Source: Thermoplasmata archaeon (lineage in GTDB: Archaea; Thermoplasmatota; Thermoplasmata; Lutacidiplasmatales; UBA184). Taken from it: a stretch of DNA of 64,000 nt. Every line of letters begins with the position of its first letter. Position 1 is the stretch's first letter. The DNA lies in contig JAKAWP010000004.1 in the NCBI GenBank assembly GCA_021816955.1, forward strand, positions 117-64,116. The letters are read 5' to 3'. Below, in pieces: positions 49,471 to 57,980 of this stretch. The position numbers were made by a program, and so were the translations under genes. The notes below the pieces were generated by a model, which was not told the DNA's origin, ran no database searches, and was given only the letters and a program-made list of their open reading frames with translations.

Positions 49471-50783
49471 CGGGCGGGGCCGGGCCGACGTCCCGTCGGC
49501 TCTTTCGCCGGGCCCGCCGGGCCCTCGTCGGCGGCGTCGACAGCCCGGTCCGGTCGTTCCAGGCCGTGGGAGGATCGCCGGTCTTCTTCCGGTCGGGCCG
49601 GGGCGCCTACCTCGCGGACGTCGACGGACGACGGTACCTCGATCTCGTGAATTCGTGGGGTGCCGATCTCCTGGGGCACGCCCCTCCCGCGGTCCTCCGG
49701 GCGGTGCGCGCGGTCGCGCGGGACGGGCTGTCGTTCGGTGCGCCGTCCCCGCTCGAGCACGAGCTCGCGGAACGGATCGAGCGGGCGATCCCCGAGATCG
49801 AACGGCTTCGGTTCGTGACCTCGGGAACTGAGGCGGTGATGAGCGCGGTGCGCGTCGCCCGGGCCGCCACGTCGCGCTCGAAGGTGGTGAAGTTTGACGG
49901 GGGGTACCACGGCCACTCGGACGGACTCTTGGTCCGCGCCGGCTCGGGGGTGCTCACCCACGCGCAGCCCGGCTCGGCCGGCGTGCCCGAATCGATCGCG
50001 GCGGAGACGCTCGTCGTCCCGTACAACGACGTCGACGCGCTCGCCGAGCTGTTCGAACACCGAGGCCGCGAGATCGCCGCGGTCGTCGTCGAGCCGATCG
50101 CGGCGAACATGGGGCTCGTTCCTCCGACTCCCGGCTTTTTGCCGAGCGTGAGCCGGCTCGCGCATGCGAACGGGGCCGTCGTGATCGCCGACGAGGTGAT
50201 CACCGGTTTCCGCCTGCGGCGAGGGGCGGTCGCCCGAACGCTCGGCCTCGACGCCGACCTCGTCGCGTTGGGCAAGGTCATCGGGGGCGGCCTGCCGATC
50301 GGCGCGTACGGGGGCCGCGCGGCGCTCATGGACCGGGTGGCGCCGAGCGGGCCAGTCTACCAGGCCGGGACGCTCGCCGGCAACCCGCTCGCCATGGCCG
50401 CCGGGGCGGCCGTGCTCGACGCGATCTCCCCGACCGATTATCGCCGGCTCGAGCGAACGGCGGCCGACGTCGAACGGGCGTGGAAGGAGGCGCTCGAGGG
50501 CCGGCTCGAGCCGTGGACGCTCCACCGACGGGGGTCGATGTTCGGGCTGTTCTTCGCCGCCGGACCGATCGTCCACCGGACGGACGCCGAGCGAACCGAC
50601 CGGGCACGCTACGCGACGTTCTTCCACCACGCCCTCGACGCCGGCGTCTACCTGCCCCCGTCGCCGCTCGAGACGGCGTTCCTGTCGCTCGCGTTCGGTC
50701 CGTCGGAGGTCGCGCGGCTCGCCCGCGCGCTCGGACGGGCGGCCGCGCGGTCGGCGTTGGAGGGCGGATGCGCCGCCGGCTGA
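49467..50783 (+). CDS. hemL: glutamate-1-semialdehyde 2,1-aminomutase
   Basis: 438 aa. The ATG overlaps the hemQ TGA (ATGA). Contains VNSWG, YHGHSD and DEVITGFR motifs. Confidence 0.95.
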   Translation: MTGGAGPTSRRLFRRARRALVGGVDSPVRSFQAVGGSPVFFRSGRGAYLADVDGRRYLDLVNSWGADLLGHAPPAVLRAVRAVARDGLSFGAPSPLEHELAERIERAIPEIERLRFVTSGTEAVMSAVRVARAATSRSKVVKFDGGYHGHSDGLLVRAGSGVLTHAQPGSAGVPESIAAETLVVPYNDVDALAELFEHRGREIAAVVVEPIAANMGLVPPTPGFLPSVSRLAHANGAVVIADEVITGFRLRRGAVARTLGLDADLVALGKVIGGGLPIGAYGGRAALMDRVAPSGPVYQAGTLAGNPLAMAAGAAVLDAISPTDYRRLERTAADVERAWKEALEGRLEPWTLHRRGSMFGLFFAAGPIVHRTDAERTDRARYATFFHHALDAGVYLPPSPLETAFLSLAFGPSEVARLARALGRAAARSALEGGCAAG

Positions 50784-51799
50784 TCGACGCGCTCGAGGGC
50801 CAACCGGTCGACACGATCCCGATCTGGCTGATGCGCCAGGCCGGTCGGTACCTGCCCGGCTACCGCGCCCTACGGGCGCGCCACTCGATCCTCGAGATCG
50901 CCCGGACCCCCGATCTCGCCTGCGAGGTGACGCTCGAACCCGTGCGGCGGTTCGACGTCGACGCCGCCGTCGTCTTCGCCGACATCACGCTGCCGTTCGC
51001 GGGCCTCGGCGTCGACTTCTCGATCGACCCCGGGGTCGGACCGGTGATCCCGAGGCCGATCCGCACCGCCGCCCAGGTCGAGGCGCTGCGGCCGTTCGAC
51101 GCGCGCGCGAGCGTGCCGTTCGTCGGCCAGGCGATCGAGCGGTACCGCGCCGCCGAGCACGATCGGCCGATCATCGGATTCGCGGGCGCGCCGTTCACGC
51201 TGGCCTCGTACCTGATCGAGGGCGGCCCGTCGCGGGAGTACGCCGAGACGAAGCGCCTGCTCTACGCCGAACCCCGGACCTTCGACCGGCTCCTCGACCG
51301 ATTGACGGAAGCGACGATCGACTACCTCGCCCGACAGGCCGAGGCCGGGGCCGCGGCGCTCCAGCTGTTCGACACCTGGGTCGGCACGCTCGGGCTCCGG
51401 CGCTACGAACGCCATGTCGTGCCGTTCCTCGAGCGCCTGCGCGACGGGCTCGCGCCGTGGAAGCGACCGGTCATCTACTTCGCGACCGGGGCGAGCCACC
51501 TTCTCGAACGGGCCGGCCGCCTCGGCTTCGCGGCGCTCGGCGTCGATTGGCGGGAGTCGCTCGGCCGGCTGCGGCGACGCCTCGGAGACGGGGTGACCCT
51601 GCAGGGCAACCTCGACCCCGGCGCGCTCCTGGCGGGCCGCGCGACGCTGGAAGCCGAGGCCCGGGCGGTCCTCGCCGAGATCCCCGACCACGATCGGCAC
51701 GTCTTCAATTTAGGCCACGGTGTGCTCCCCGCGACCGACCCCGAGCGGGTGAACGCCTTGGTCGAGCTCGTTCACGAGGAGGGCACCGCGCGACGATGA
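50768..51799 (+). CDS. hemE: uroporphyrinogen decarboxylase
   Basis: Trimmed to MRRRLIDALEGQPVDTIPIWLMRQAGRYLPGY, the canonical HemE start. It overlaps hemL by 16 nt. Confidence 0.93.
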   Translation: MRRRLIDALEGQPVDTIPIWLMRQAGRYLPGYRALRARHSILEIARTPDLACEVTLEPVRRFDVDAAVVFADITLPFAGLGVDFSIDPGVGPVIPRPIRTAAQVEALRPFDARASVPFVGQAIERYRAAEHDRPIIGFAGAPFTLASYLIEGGPSREYAETKRLLYAEPRTFDRLLDRLTEATIDYLARQAEAGAAALQLFDTWVGTLGLRRYERHVVPFLERLRDGLAPWKRPVIYFATGASHLLERAGRLGFAALGVDWRESLGRLRRRLGDGVTLQGNLDPGALLAGRATLEAEARAVLAEIPDHDRHVFNLGHGVLPATDPERVNALVELVHEEGTARR

Positions 51800-52740
51800 G
51801 CCCGGAGCCGACGGAGGCCGGAACCCCCCGACCGTTCGACGCGGTCCTCTTGATGGGCTACGGCAGCCCGTCCGGCCCGGCCGACCTACCGGAGTACCTC
51901 ACCGAAGTGATGCACGGACGCCGACCGTCTCCCGAGGTCGTCGCCGATTTCGCCCGGCGGTACGAGCGGATCGGCGGTTCGCCGCAGGCCAAGATCCTCG
52001 CCTCGCTCCGCTCCAAGCTCGAATCGCGGCTCGCCCGGGAGCGCCGACCGCTTCCCGTCTATCTCGGCACGAAGCACTGGCATCCCAACATCGCCGAGGT
52101 CGTTCCGCGCATCCGCGCGGACGGCCATCGTCAGGTCGTCGCGGTCCCGCTGAGCCCGTACGCCTCCACCTGGATCATGGAACCGTACGAAGCGGCTGTG
52201 AAGGCCGGGACGGCAGCGGCCGGGGGCGAGGTGACGGTCGAGCTGCGCGCGGGTTGGCACCTCGATCCCCATTGGATCGGCTATTGGGCGAAGGCGATCC
52301 GGGAGGCGTGGCGCCGGCTCGACGACCCCACCGCGGCGGTCCACCTCTCGGTCCACAGCCTGCCGCAGCGCTACCGCGACCAGGGCGACCCGTACCCGGG
52401 GCTGGTCCGGGCCACCGCGGACGCGGTCGCCGCCGCGGCCGGACTCGACCGCTGGTCGTTCACCTACCAGAGCCCGGGGAACACGACCGAACCGTGGCTG
52501 GGGCCCGACATCACCGAGCAGATCGTCGCCTGGAAGGAACGCGGCGCGCGCCGGCAGATCGTCGCGTCGATCGGATTCGTGTTCGACCACCTCGAGGTGC
52601 TGTACGACCTCGACGTCGTCGTCCGAGAGTTCGCGGAGGCCGCGGGCGTCGAGTACCATCGGGTGCCGATGCCGAACGACGGGCCCGAGGTCGTCGAGGC
52701 GCTCGCCGCGTGCGTCACGCGGCCCGCCTCCTCGGGCTGA
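51796..52740 (+). CDS. hemH: ferrochelatase (probably coproporphyrin ferrochelatase type)
   Basis: The ATG overlaps the hemE TGA. Contains LLMGYGSP, SVHSLPQRY and FVFDHLEVLYDLD motifs. Confidence 0.9.
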   Translation: MSPEPTEAGTPRPFDAVLLMGYGSPSGPADLPEYLTEVMHGRRPSPEVVADFARRYERIGGSPQAKILASLRSKLESRLARERRPLPVYLGTKHWHPNIAEVVPRIRADGHRQVVAVPLSPYASTWIMEPYEAAVKAGTAAAGGEVTVELRAGWHLDPHWIGYWAKAIREAWRRLDDPTAAVHLSVHSLPQRYRDQGDPYPGLVRATADAVAAAAGLDRWSFTYQSPGNTTEPWLGPDITEQIVAWKERGARRQIVASIGFVFDHLEVLYDLDVVVREFAEAAGVEYHRVPMPNDGPEVVEALAACVTRPASSG

Positions 52741-53401
52741 GCCGGCGGAGGCGGGACGGCGGCGAGGCCTCCCGGCGAACCGCCCGCACGCGACGGCGCT
52801 GTCCGCCGCTGGGGGCCCGGCGGAAGACCGCCCAGTAGTGGAACTCGCCGAGCGGCCCGTCGCGACGACGGTGAAGGCCGATCCGCGCGAGCTCGCGGGT
52901 GAGCTCATCGAGGGTCTTGCGCCGCGCGAGCGGCGGCCCGCCCGGAGTCGGAACCTTCTTCCACTCGATCACGAGGAGGCGGCCGCGCGGGGCGAGGAGG
53001 CGAAGCCCTTCCGCGATCGTCGCGCGCGGAAGCCCGTGATAGACGTTCGCCCAGAGCTCGGTGGTCGCGACGCCCGACGGCAACGGCACGCGGTCCGAAG
53101 TGGAGAGGACCGGAAAGAGCGCCGGGATCCGCTCCCGACGGCGCCGCTCCCACAGGTACTCCACGAGCGGTTCGGAGATGTCGACCGCATAGACGCGGCC
53201 GCGGGGGCCCACTCGTCGCGCCGCCTCGGCGGCGAAGAAGCCGGTACCGGCCCCGATCTCGACGACGCGCTCTCCCCGGGCGAGACCGACGGTCGCCCAC
53301 CAGCGCCGGGGCGACTGGTGCCGGTACCGGTGGGGACCTTCGAGGCGCTCGAGCGCATCGGCCAGCGACCAGCCGCCTTCGTCGAATCGGGACGGGCGCA
53401 T
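52715..53401 (-). CDS. class I SAM-dependent methyltransferase
   Basis: 228 aa with motif I VVEIGAGTGFF, followed by VYAVDISE. Confidence 0.8.
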   Translation of the reverse strand: MRPSRFDEGGWSLADALERLEGPHRYRHQSPRRWWATVGLARGERVVEIGAGTGFFAAEAARRVGPRGRVYAVDISEPLVEYLWERRRRERIPALFPVLSTSDRVPLPSGVATTELWANVYHGLPRATIAEGLRLLAPRGRLLVIEWKKVPTPGGPPLARRKTLDELTRELARIGLHRRRDGPLGEFHYWAVFRRAPSGGQRRRVRAVRREASPPSRLRRLSPRRRAA

Positions 53402-53475
53402 GCCGGCCCCGAGCCCGGCATCGTTGAAAGCATATCGGGGGCCTCACCGGCGGCCCCCGAGCCGGCGGCCGCGGG

Positions 53476-55224
53476 TCACGGCGGGGCCCGCGGCCGCTCC
53501 CGCATCTCCCCCGGCTCCGACGAAAGCGGGGCTAAGGTCGGTAGCTCGCGGACGCCCGAAAAGACATCCGGTAGCTCCGTCTGCCGGAGACGAGGGAGGC
53601 GTTCGGCCTCGAGCGGGACGACGACGATCGACGGGTCGGTCCGCCAGCAGACCCGGGCGAGGATCCGTCGGATCCGCCAGGGAACTCCGACCGACCGGCC
53701 CACCGACTCGACGTCCGAGCGCGACAGTTCTCCGATCGCCGCGAGCACGACGAAGTAGACCGCGTAGCCGAGCACGACGCCGGCGAACAACTGGTAGTAG
53801 CGGTTGACCGGCAGGATGACGTTCAAGCGGGAGACCGCGAAGAAGGCGACGGCCGCGCTCAGCACGATCGACCCGATCGATCGGAGCCGGATCTGGACGG
53901 CCAGGATCCGCTCCAGGTAGTACAGATTGATCGCCAGCGCGACCAGCGAGGAGGCGAGCTGCGCCAGGGCGATCGAGTCGAGCGCGAGGCCGGCGGGGAG
54001 GAGCGAAACCGGCGGAAGCAACAGGTACGCCGTGCCGAACATCGCGACGACCTGGGCGGCGGTGATGTACAGCTCCAAGCGGCGGTAGCCGACCGCGATG
54101 AGCGCGGTGAAGATGATGACGGCGAGCGTCGCCGGTAGGACGCTCACCGCGAGGATCGCGAGCGGCGTCGCGCCGCCCACGTACCCGCCGTTGTAGAAGA
54201 TGTAGAGGAAGTTCACGCGGTAGACCACGAGGGCGATCATGCCGGGAACGACGACGATCGAGCTGTACCGGATCGTCTGCCAGGTCAGTTCACGGACCCG
54301 GTTGTACTCTCGCCGCTGATGCAGGCCCGATAGGAGCGGAAAGAGCGGGGTGATGATCGCCGACGAGACGCTGAGGGCCAGGATCCGAAATCCGTTCGCG
54401 GCGTTGTAGACGGCGAGCTGCGCCGCCCCCGCCGCGGCGTTCACGAGGAACGGGAGGGCGTTCGTGACGACGTACGTCAGGGCGAGACCGCCCATCAGCG
54501 GCCAGGCGAACCGGAACATGAGCGCACCCTGGTCGCGCCGGAACTTCTCGACGCGGGCGAGCACCGCGGGCGCGCTGTAGACGGCGGAGACCGTGGCGCC
54601 CACGACGTAGGCGAGGGTGAGCCCTTCGAGCGTCGGAACGTAGAACGCCGCCGCGATCAATAGCGGCGTGCGCACGCTGGCTTCGATGAGCGTCGGGTAC
54701 TGCGCCTTCAGGGAGTCTCCCTGGGAGATGTAGAACTGGTTGTAGACGGTCGGGAACGTCCAAAGGAGCGGCAGGACGAGGAATCCCCCGAGAATCGCGA
54801 GGTTCGCACCGCTCGCGAGCGGCCCGGCCCCGAATATTTGGGCCGGGGCGATGACGAACAGAAGGACGGCGCCGGCGCCGACCATCACGAACCGCAGGAC
54901 GAGGTACGTCGCGGTCTGCGCGAGCGGCGAGGTTCCCCGCGCGAGGAAGAAGGTGTACGCGGAGCCGATCCGCAGATCCGCCGTCGCGTTGATCGAGGAG
55001 CCAATCAAGAGGAACAGTTGGACCGTACCGAGCAAGGCCCGACCGCTCTCGGTCAATCCGATCAACTTCGCCAGAAACAGGCTGGCGACGAACCCGACCA
55101 GCTGGACGGCGAGGCCGGCTAGGAAGACGGCCGTCGAGTTGCGGGCCAGGGACCGGGGGGCGACCGGCACCGCGTCCGACCGGTCCGGGGGCGTCGCGCC
55201 GACCGCTGAAGACGCCCCGACCAT
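53476..55224 (-). CDS. MOP/Wzx-type oligosaccharide or polysaccharide flippase
   Basis: 582 aa with 12 or more hydrophobic helices. The N-terminal region resembles polysaccharide biosynthesis proteins (NSTAVFLAGLAVQLVGFVASLFLAKLIG). Confidence 0.8.
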   Translation of the reverse strand: MVGASSAVGATPPDRSDAVPVAPRSLARNSTAVFLAGLAVQLVGFVASLFLAKLIGLTESGRALLGTVQLFLLIGSSINATADLRIGSAYTFFLARGTSPLAQTATYLVLRFVMVGAGAVLLFVIAPAQIFGAGPLASGANLAILGGFLVLPLLWTFPTVYNQFYISQGDSLKAQYPTLIEASVRTPLLIAAAFYVPTLEGLTLAYVVGATVSAVYSAPAVLARVEKFRRDQGALMFRFAWPLMGGLALTYVVTNALPFLVNAAAGAAQLAVYNAANGFRILALSVSSAIITPLFPLLSGLHQRREYNRVRELTWQTIRYSSIVVVPGMIALVVYRVNFLYIFYNGGYVGGATPLAILAVSVLPATLAVIIFTALIAVGYRRLELYITAAQVVAMFGTAYLLLPPVSLLPAGLALDSIALAQLASSLVALAINLYYLERILAVQIRLRSIGSIVLSAAVAFFAVSRLNVILPVNRYYQLFAGVVLGYAVYFVVLAAIGELSRSDVESVGRSVGVPWRIRRILARVCWRTDPSIVVVPLEAERLPRLRQTELPDVFSGVRELPTLAPLSSEPGEMRERPRAPP

Positions 55225-55248
55225 CGCGGAATGGGAAGGGAGGGGGGG

Positions 55249-55258
55249 TATCTATCTA
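55249..55258 (-). promoter_or_regulatory. TATA-like box (TAGATAGATA on the minus strand) for a leaderless flippase mRNA
   Basis: An A/T patch centred about 30 nt upstream of the ATG at 55224. Confidence 0.4.
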
Positions 55259-55280
55259 CCCGTCGGTCGACTTCGGAGGT

Positions 55281-55682
55281 TCATCGGGGCACCCGCGACG
55301 CCGGCGTCTCTTCGTCCTCCACCGCTTCAAAGAGCTCGATCCAGATCCCGTCCGGATCCGACAGGAAGGCGAGCCGGGTCCGCCCCTCCACGAACGGAGG
55401 AATCTCCATCCGGGCCCCGAGCGAAACCAATCGGGCGGCGACCGCATCGAGGTCATCCACCCGAAAGCCGAGGTGATCGAGCTCGTCCCCCGGCCGGTAC
55501 GGGATGTCGCCCGGATAGTAGTTGAGTTCGAGGCGGCTACCGGAGTCCGGGTCGCGAAGCTCGAGCCACACGCCGCCCGCTGCCATCCGACCGCTCTTCT
55601 CCACGCGCAAGCCGAGGCCGTCCGTGTAGAAGCGGCGGGCGCGGTCCAGATCGCGGACCCGCACCCCGACGTACTCCAGCAT
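55281..55682 (-). CDS. VOC-family (glyoxalase I-like) protein
   Basis: 133 aa. MLEYVGVRVRDLDRARRFYTDGLGL and a second beta-alpha-beta-beta-beta half (LDHLGFRVDDLDAV). Confidence 0.8.
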   Translation of the reverse strand: MLEYVGVRVRDLDRARRFYTDGLGLRVEKSGRMAAGGVWLELRDPDSGSRLELNYYPGDIPYRPGDELDHLGFRVDDLDAVAARLVSLGARMEIPPFVEGRTRLAFLSDPDGIWIELFEAVEDEETPASRVPR

Positions 55683-55753
55683 CTCGGGCGTCGAGGACGA
55701 GTGTTATTTGACGTACGTCGGGGCGCCGGTCGGCCGGTTTCGCTCGGATCGGC

Positions 55754-55903
55754 TCAACGGGACCGGGGTTGGCCGGGAGGACAAGTCCGGCAGCACGCGG
55801 CATCGACGGCGCAGCAGGCGCAGCAGTGACAGCATCCTTCGGGACAATCGCAGCAGGCGCAGGACGGTCGCGGGGGGCGCCGGGCGCCCGATGTTTTCGT
55901 CAT
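55754..55903 (-). CDS. Cys-rich mini-protein (49 aa, 13 Cys), metallothionein-like
   Basis: This is the ATG-initiated tail of track ORF 55754-56242: MTKTSGARRPPRPSCACCDCPEGCCHCCACCAVDAACCRTCPPGQPRSR. A GGAG lies 7 nt upstream of the ATG. It fills an otherwise empty 388-nt gap between the V4R and VOC genes. Confidence 0.45.
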   Translation of the reverse strand: MTKTSGARRPPRPSCACCDCPEGCCHCCACCAVDAACCRTCPPGQPRSR

Positions 55904-56069
55904 GGTAGGCTCCGTCCGACCGAATCGTACCCGGTACCGCGCCGGGAAACGATAGGCTCTTCGCCTTCCACCGGGCCGCGACTCGCGACCCGAATAGAGG
56001 CGGCGACAACCGGGGCCGCCATCCCGTCCGGTTCCCGGCTCGTCGGATCGTTCCGCGGGCCTCTGCGGG

Positions 56070-56873
56070 CTACCGGGACCGCACGATCTCAAATTCGCAC
56101 GCCGGATCTCCCATCGCGAGGCATTTTCGTTCCGTGCACGTGACCTCCCCTCCGAGGATGACCGTGCCCGCTCCCGCGAGATAGCCGCGGTAAAACTGAG
56201 AGTAGGGAGCGTACGCCTGGCGGCCGGCGCACTCCAAGCCATCCTCCAGCCGGAGCCGCATCGACCGGCCGCTCGGATCGATGGTGGCGCTCCGCACGCG
56301 GCCCCACCCTACCGCCGCCCACACGCGGAACGCATATTCGAGATGCTGACGGCCCCACTCCACCCCGACCTTCCCGAAGTACCCCGCGAAGGCGGCCCGC
56401 CCTAAGTTGGACCCTTGTTCGTAGATCAGCACCGAACCGCCCGTTCCCATCCGGTCCCGGATGGCATCCAGCATGTTGAAGAAGTAGGTGCTTGTTAGCG
56501 AGAGGACGCGCTCACCGGATTCGATCGACCGCACCGGCAGCGCCGTTCCGACGAGCAACCCGTCCTCGCCGGATTCGACCCGAACCTCTTGGACGACGTC
56601 GATCGCGCGAAGCTTTTCCGTGAGGTGATCGGCCGAGAGCTTCGGCCCCTCCGCAAACATGTGGAGTATCCCATAACCGCGGCTCGACACGGCCGATCCG
56701 GAGAGGTGGAGCACGTTGATCGACTCGGACCGCACGACATTGGTCACGGCAGTGACCGCGCCCGGGCGGTCGACGAGCCGGATCGAGAACCGATACAACT
56801 CCTTCCCGGGCCGGTGAAAATAGATCGGGACTTCGTACCAAGCGAACGGGTCCCCTTCGGACGACGTTCCCAT
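56070..56873 (-). CDS. ACT-like domain plus V4R (4-vinyl reductase) small-molecule-binding domain protein
   Basis: 267 aa with an ACT-like YRFSIRLVDRPGAVTAVTNVV and the V4R C-terminal signature GLECAG...CTERKCLAMGDPACEFEI. Confidence 0.8.
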   Translation of the reverse strand: MGTSSEGDPFAWYEVPIYFHRPGKELYRFSIRLVDRPGAVTAVTNVVRSESINVLHLSGSAVSSRGYGILHMFAEGPKLSADHLTEKLRAIDVVQEVRVESGEDGLLVGTALPVRSIESGERVLSLTSTYFFNMLDAIRDRMGTGGSVLIYEQGSNLGRAAFAGYFGKVGVEWGRQHLEYAFRVWAAVGWGRVRSATIDPSGRSMRLRLEDGLECAGRQAYAPYSQFYRGYLAGAGTVILGGEVTCTERKCLAMGDPACEFEIVRSR

Positions 56874-57601
56874 CGGTTCACCCCCCCGCGCCGACTCGGC
56901 CCCCTCCGCACGAGTCGGACGATCGCGAGCCCTCGGCCGGTAACCGACGTCCGATCGACCTCCCCTCGAGAAGAGGGCGTTTCCACTCCGCCCGGCCGGC
57001 CGCCTCGGCGGAACCCCCGAAGAAGCGGCGGCCCGCCGTACGAGTCGGCCGAGTACGGAATAGCCGGATGGATTGTCGGCCGCCGCCGATTCCTTGGCCG
57101 CGGCCGGCCCATTGGTCCGGCATGCTCTCCGTCCTTATCCCAAAGAGAGCGAAGATGTTCAAGAACTCTTGGGAGAAGGCAAACCCGGGAGATCTTGGCT
57201 GCGGTGAGAGGGAGACGACACAGATAGGACGATCGGGGGTCGGACTAGGCGGAATAGGTCCGTCCGGCTTACCGATTTGCCGGGTTCCGTGAAGCGTCAC
57301 GAGCGGGCGGTCCGGTGTTGCCGAATTGATCGGGCGCCGGGGAGGTCACCACGTCGTCCCGGCAATGCTCGATCGGACCGGGTCGGGCCGTATCTGGGGC
57401 GACGATCGAAGTGGGCACCGGGCGTTCCCGCGGTGAGACGGCCGCCGGATACGCGACCCGCGATGCCCCACGACACTCACGGAGCGCGAGATCGGACACC
57501 TCTCGACGCACTCGCCGATGGGGGCTCCTCCGGACAGCGTCCGCCGGCCTGCGAAGACGGAAGGTCCAAATCGATCTCGTCCGGAATAGACACCGGAGGA
57601 G

Positions 57602-57760
57602 TGGGAGCACGGGGATTTGAACCCCGATATGCGGGTCTCTCCGCGCGCTCCAGTCATTCGTCATCGGGGCTGTCGCCCCTCCGCAGACCCTATTCTTTCC
57701 AGGAGGTCGATCGACCTCCTGACTGGAGCCCGCTGGTCTGCCAGGTTAGCCTATGCTCCC
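57602..57760 (-). tRNA. tRNA-Trp (anticodon CCA) interrupted by an 86-nt intron at the canonical 37/38 position
   Basis: Hand-folded. The acceptor GGGAGCA/UGCUCCC is perfect. The T arm is CGGGG-UUCAAAU-CCCCG. The anticodon stem is GCGGG/CCCGC, and the spliced loop is CU-CCA-GA. The mature length is 73 nt. The D stem has one C-A mismatch. Confidence 0.85.
57637..57722 (-). other. tRNA-Trp intron with a bulge-helix-bulge splice motif
   Basis: A central 4-bp helix CUCC/GGAG is flanked by 3-nt bulges AG|U and AG|A that contain both splice sites. The intron carries a perfect 20-nt palindrome AGGAGGTCGATCGACCTCCT (57701-57720) and a GGGGC-GACA-GCCCC hairpin. Confidence 0.75.
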
Positions 57761-57951
57761 CTCCGAGCGGGCGAACGAGGGGGGCGTTGAAAGCCTTTGC
57801 TTCCTCCCCCTACCCGCCCGCCGGTACGACCGGAGAGGACGGCACAACCGGCCGACCGGCGGCCGCCTTCGCCGAGTCCCTCAGACCGTCGACCCGGCCC
57901 TTCGGGTAAGCGATCCGCCCGACCCCGACCCCGCCGGATCACGCGAATCGC

Positions 57952-57957
57952 TAAATA
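57952..57957 (+). promoter_or_regulatory. TATA box (TAAATA) for a leaderless ABC substrate-binding-protein mRNA
   Basis: Centred about 26 nt upstream of the ATG at 57981. Confidence 0.45.
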
Positions 57958-57980
57958 CAACTGTGCTTGATGTTTTTCCA

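Noticed and set aside
57264-57567. RNase P or SRP RNA in the ORF-poor spacers (also 19489-20454 and 22922-24246)
   Set aside because: There are glimpses of RNase P-like strings (CCGGCTTACC at 57264-57273, GGAAGGTCC at 57559-57567). They occur in the wrong order for the P4 helix on either strand. I could find no GAGGAAAGUCC or SRP helix-8 motifs. This cannot be decided without a covariance-model scan.
57637-57722. Box C/D guide RNA inside the tRNA-Trp intron
   Set aside because: One was expected from other Euryarchaeota, but I found no RUGAUGA/CUGA pairs with correct spacing. There is only a single GAUGA. The base five nucleotides upstream of any candidate D position does not pair with C34. 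This is left as an open question in the findings.
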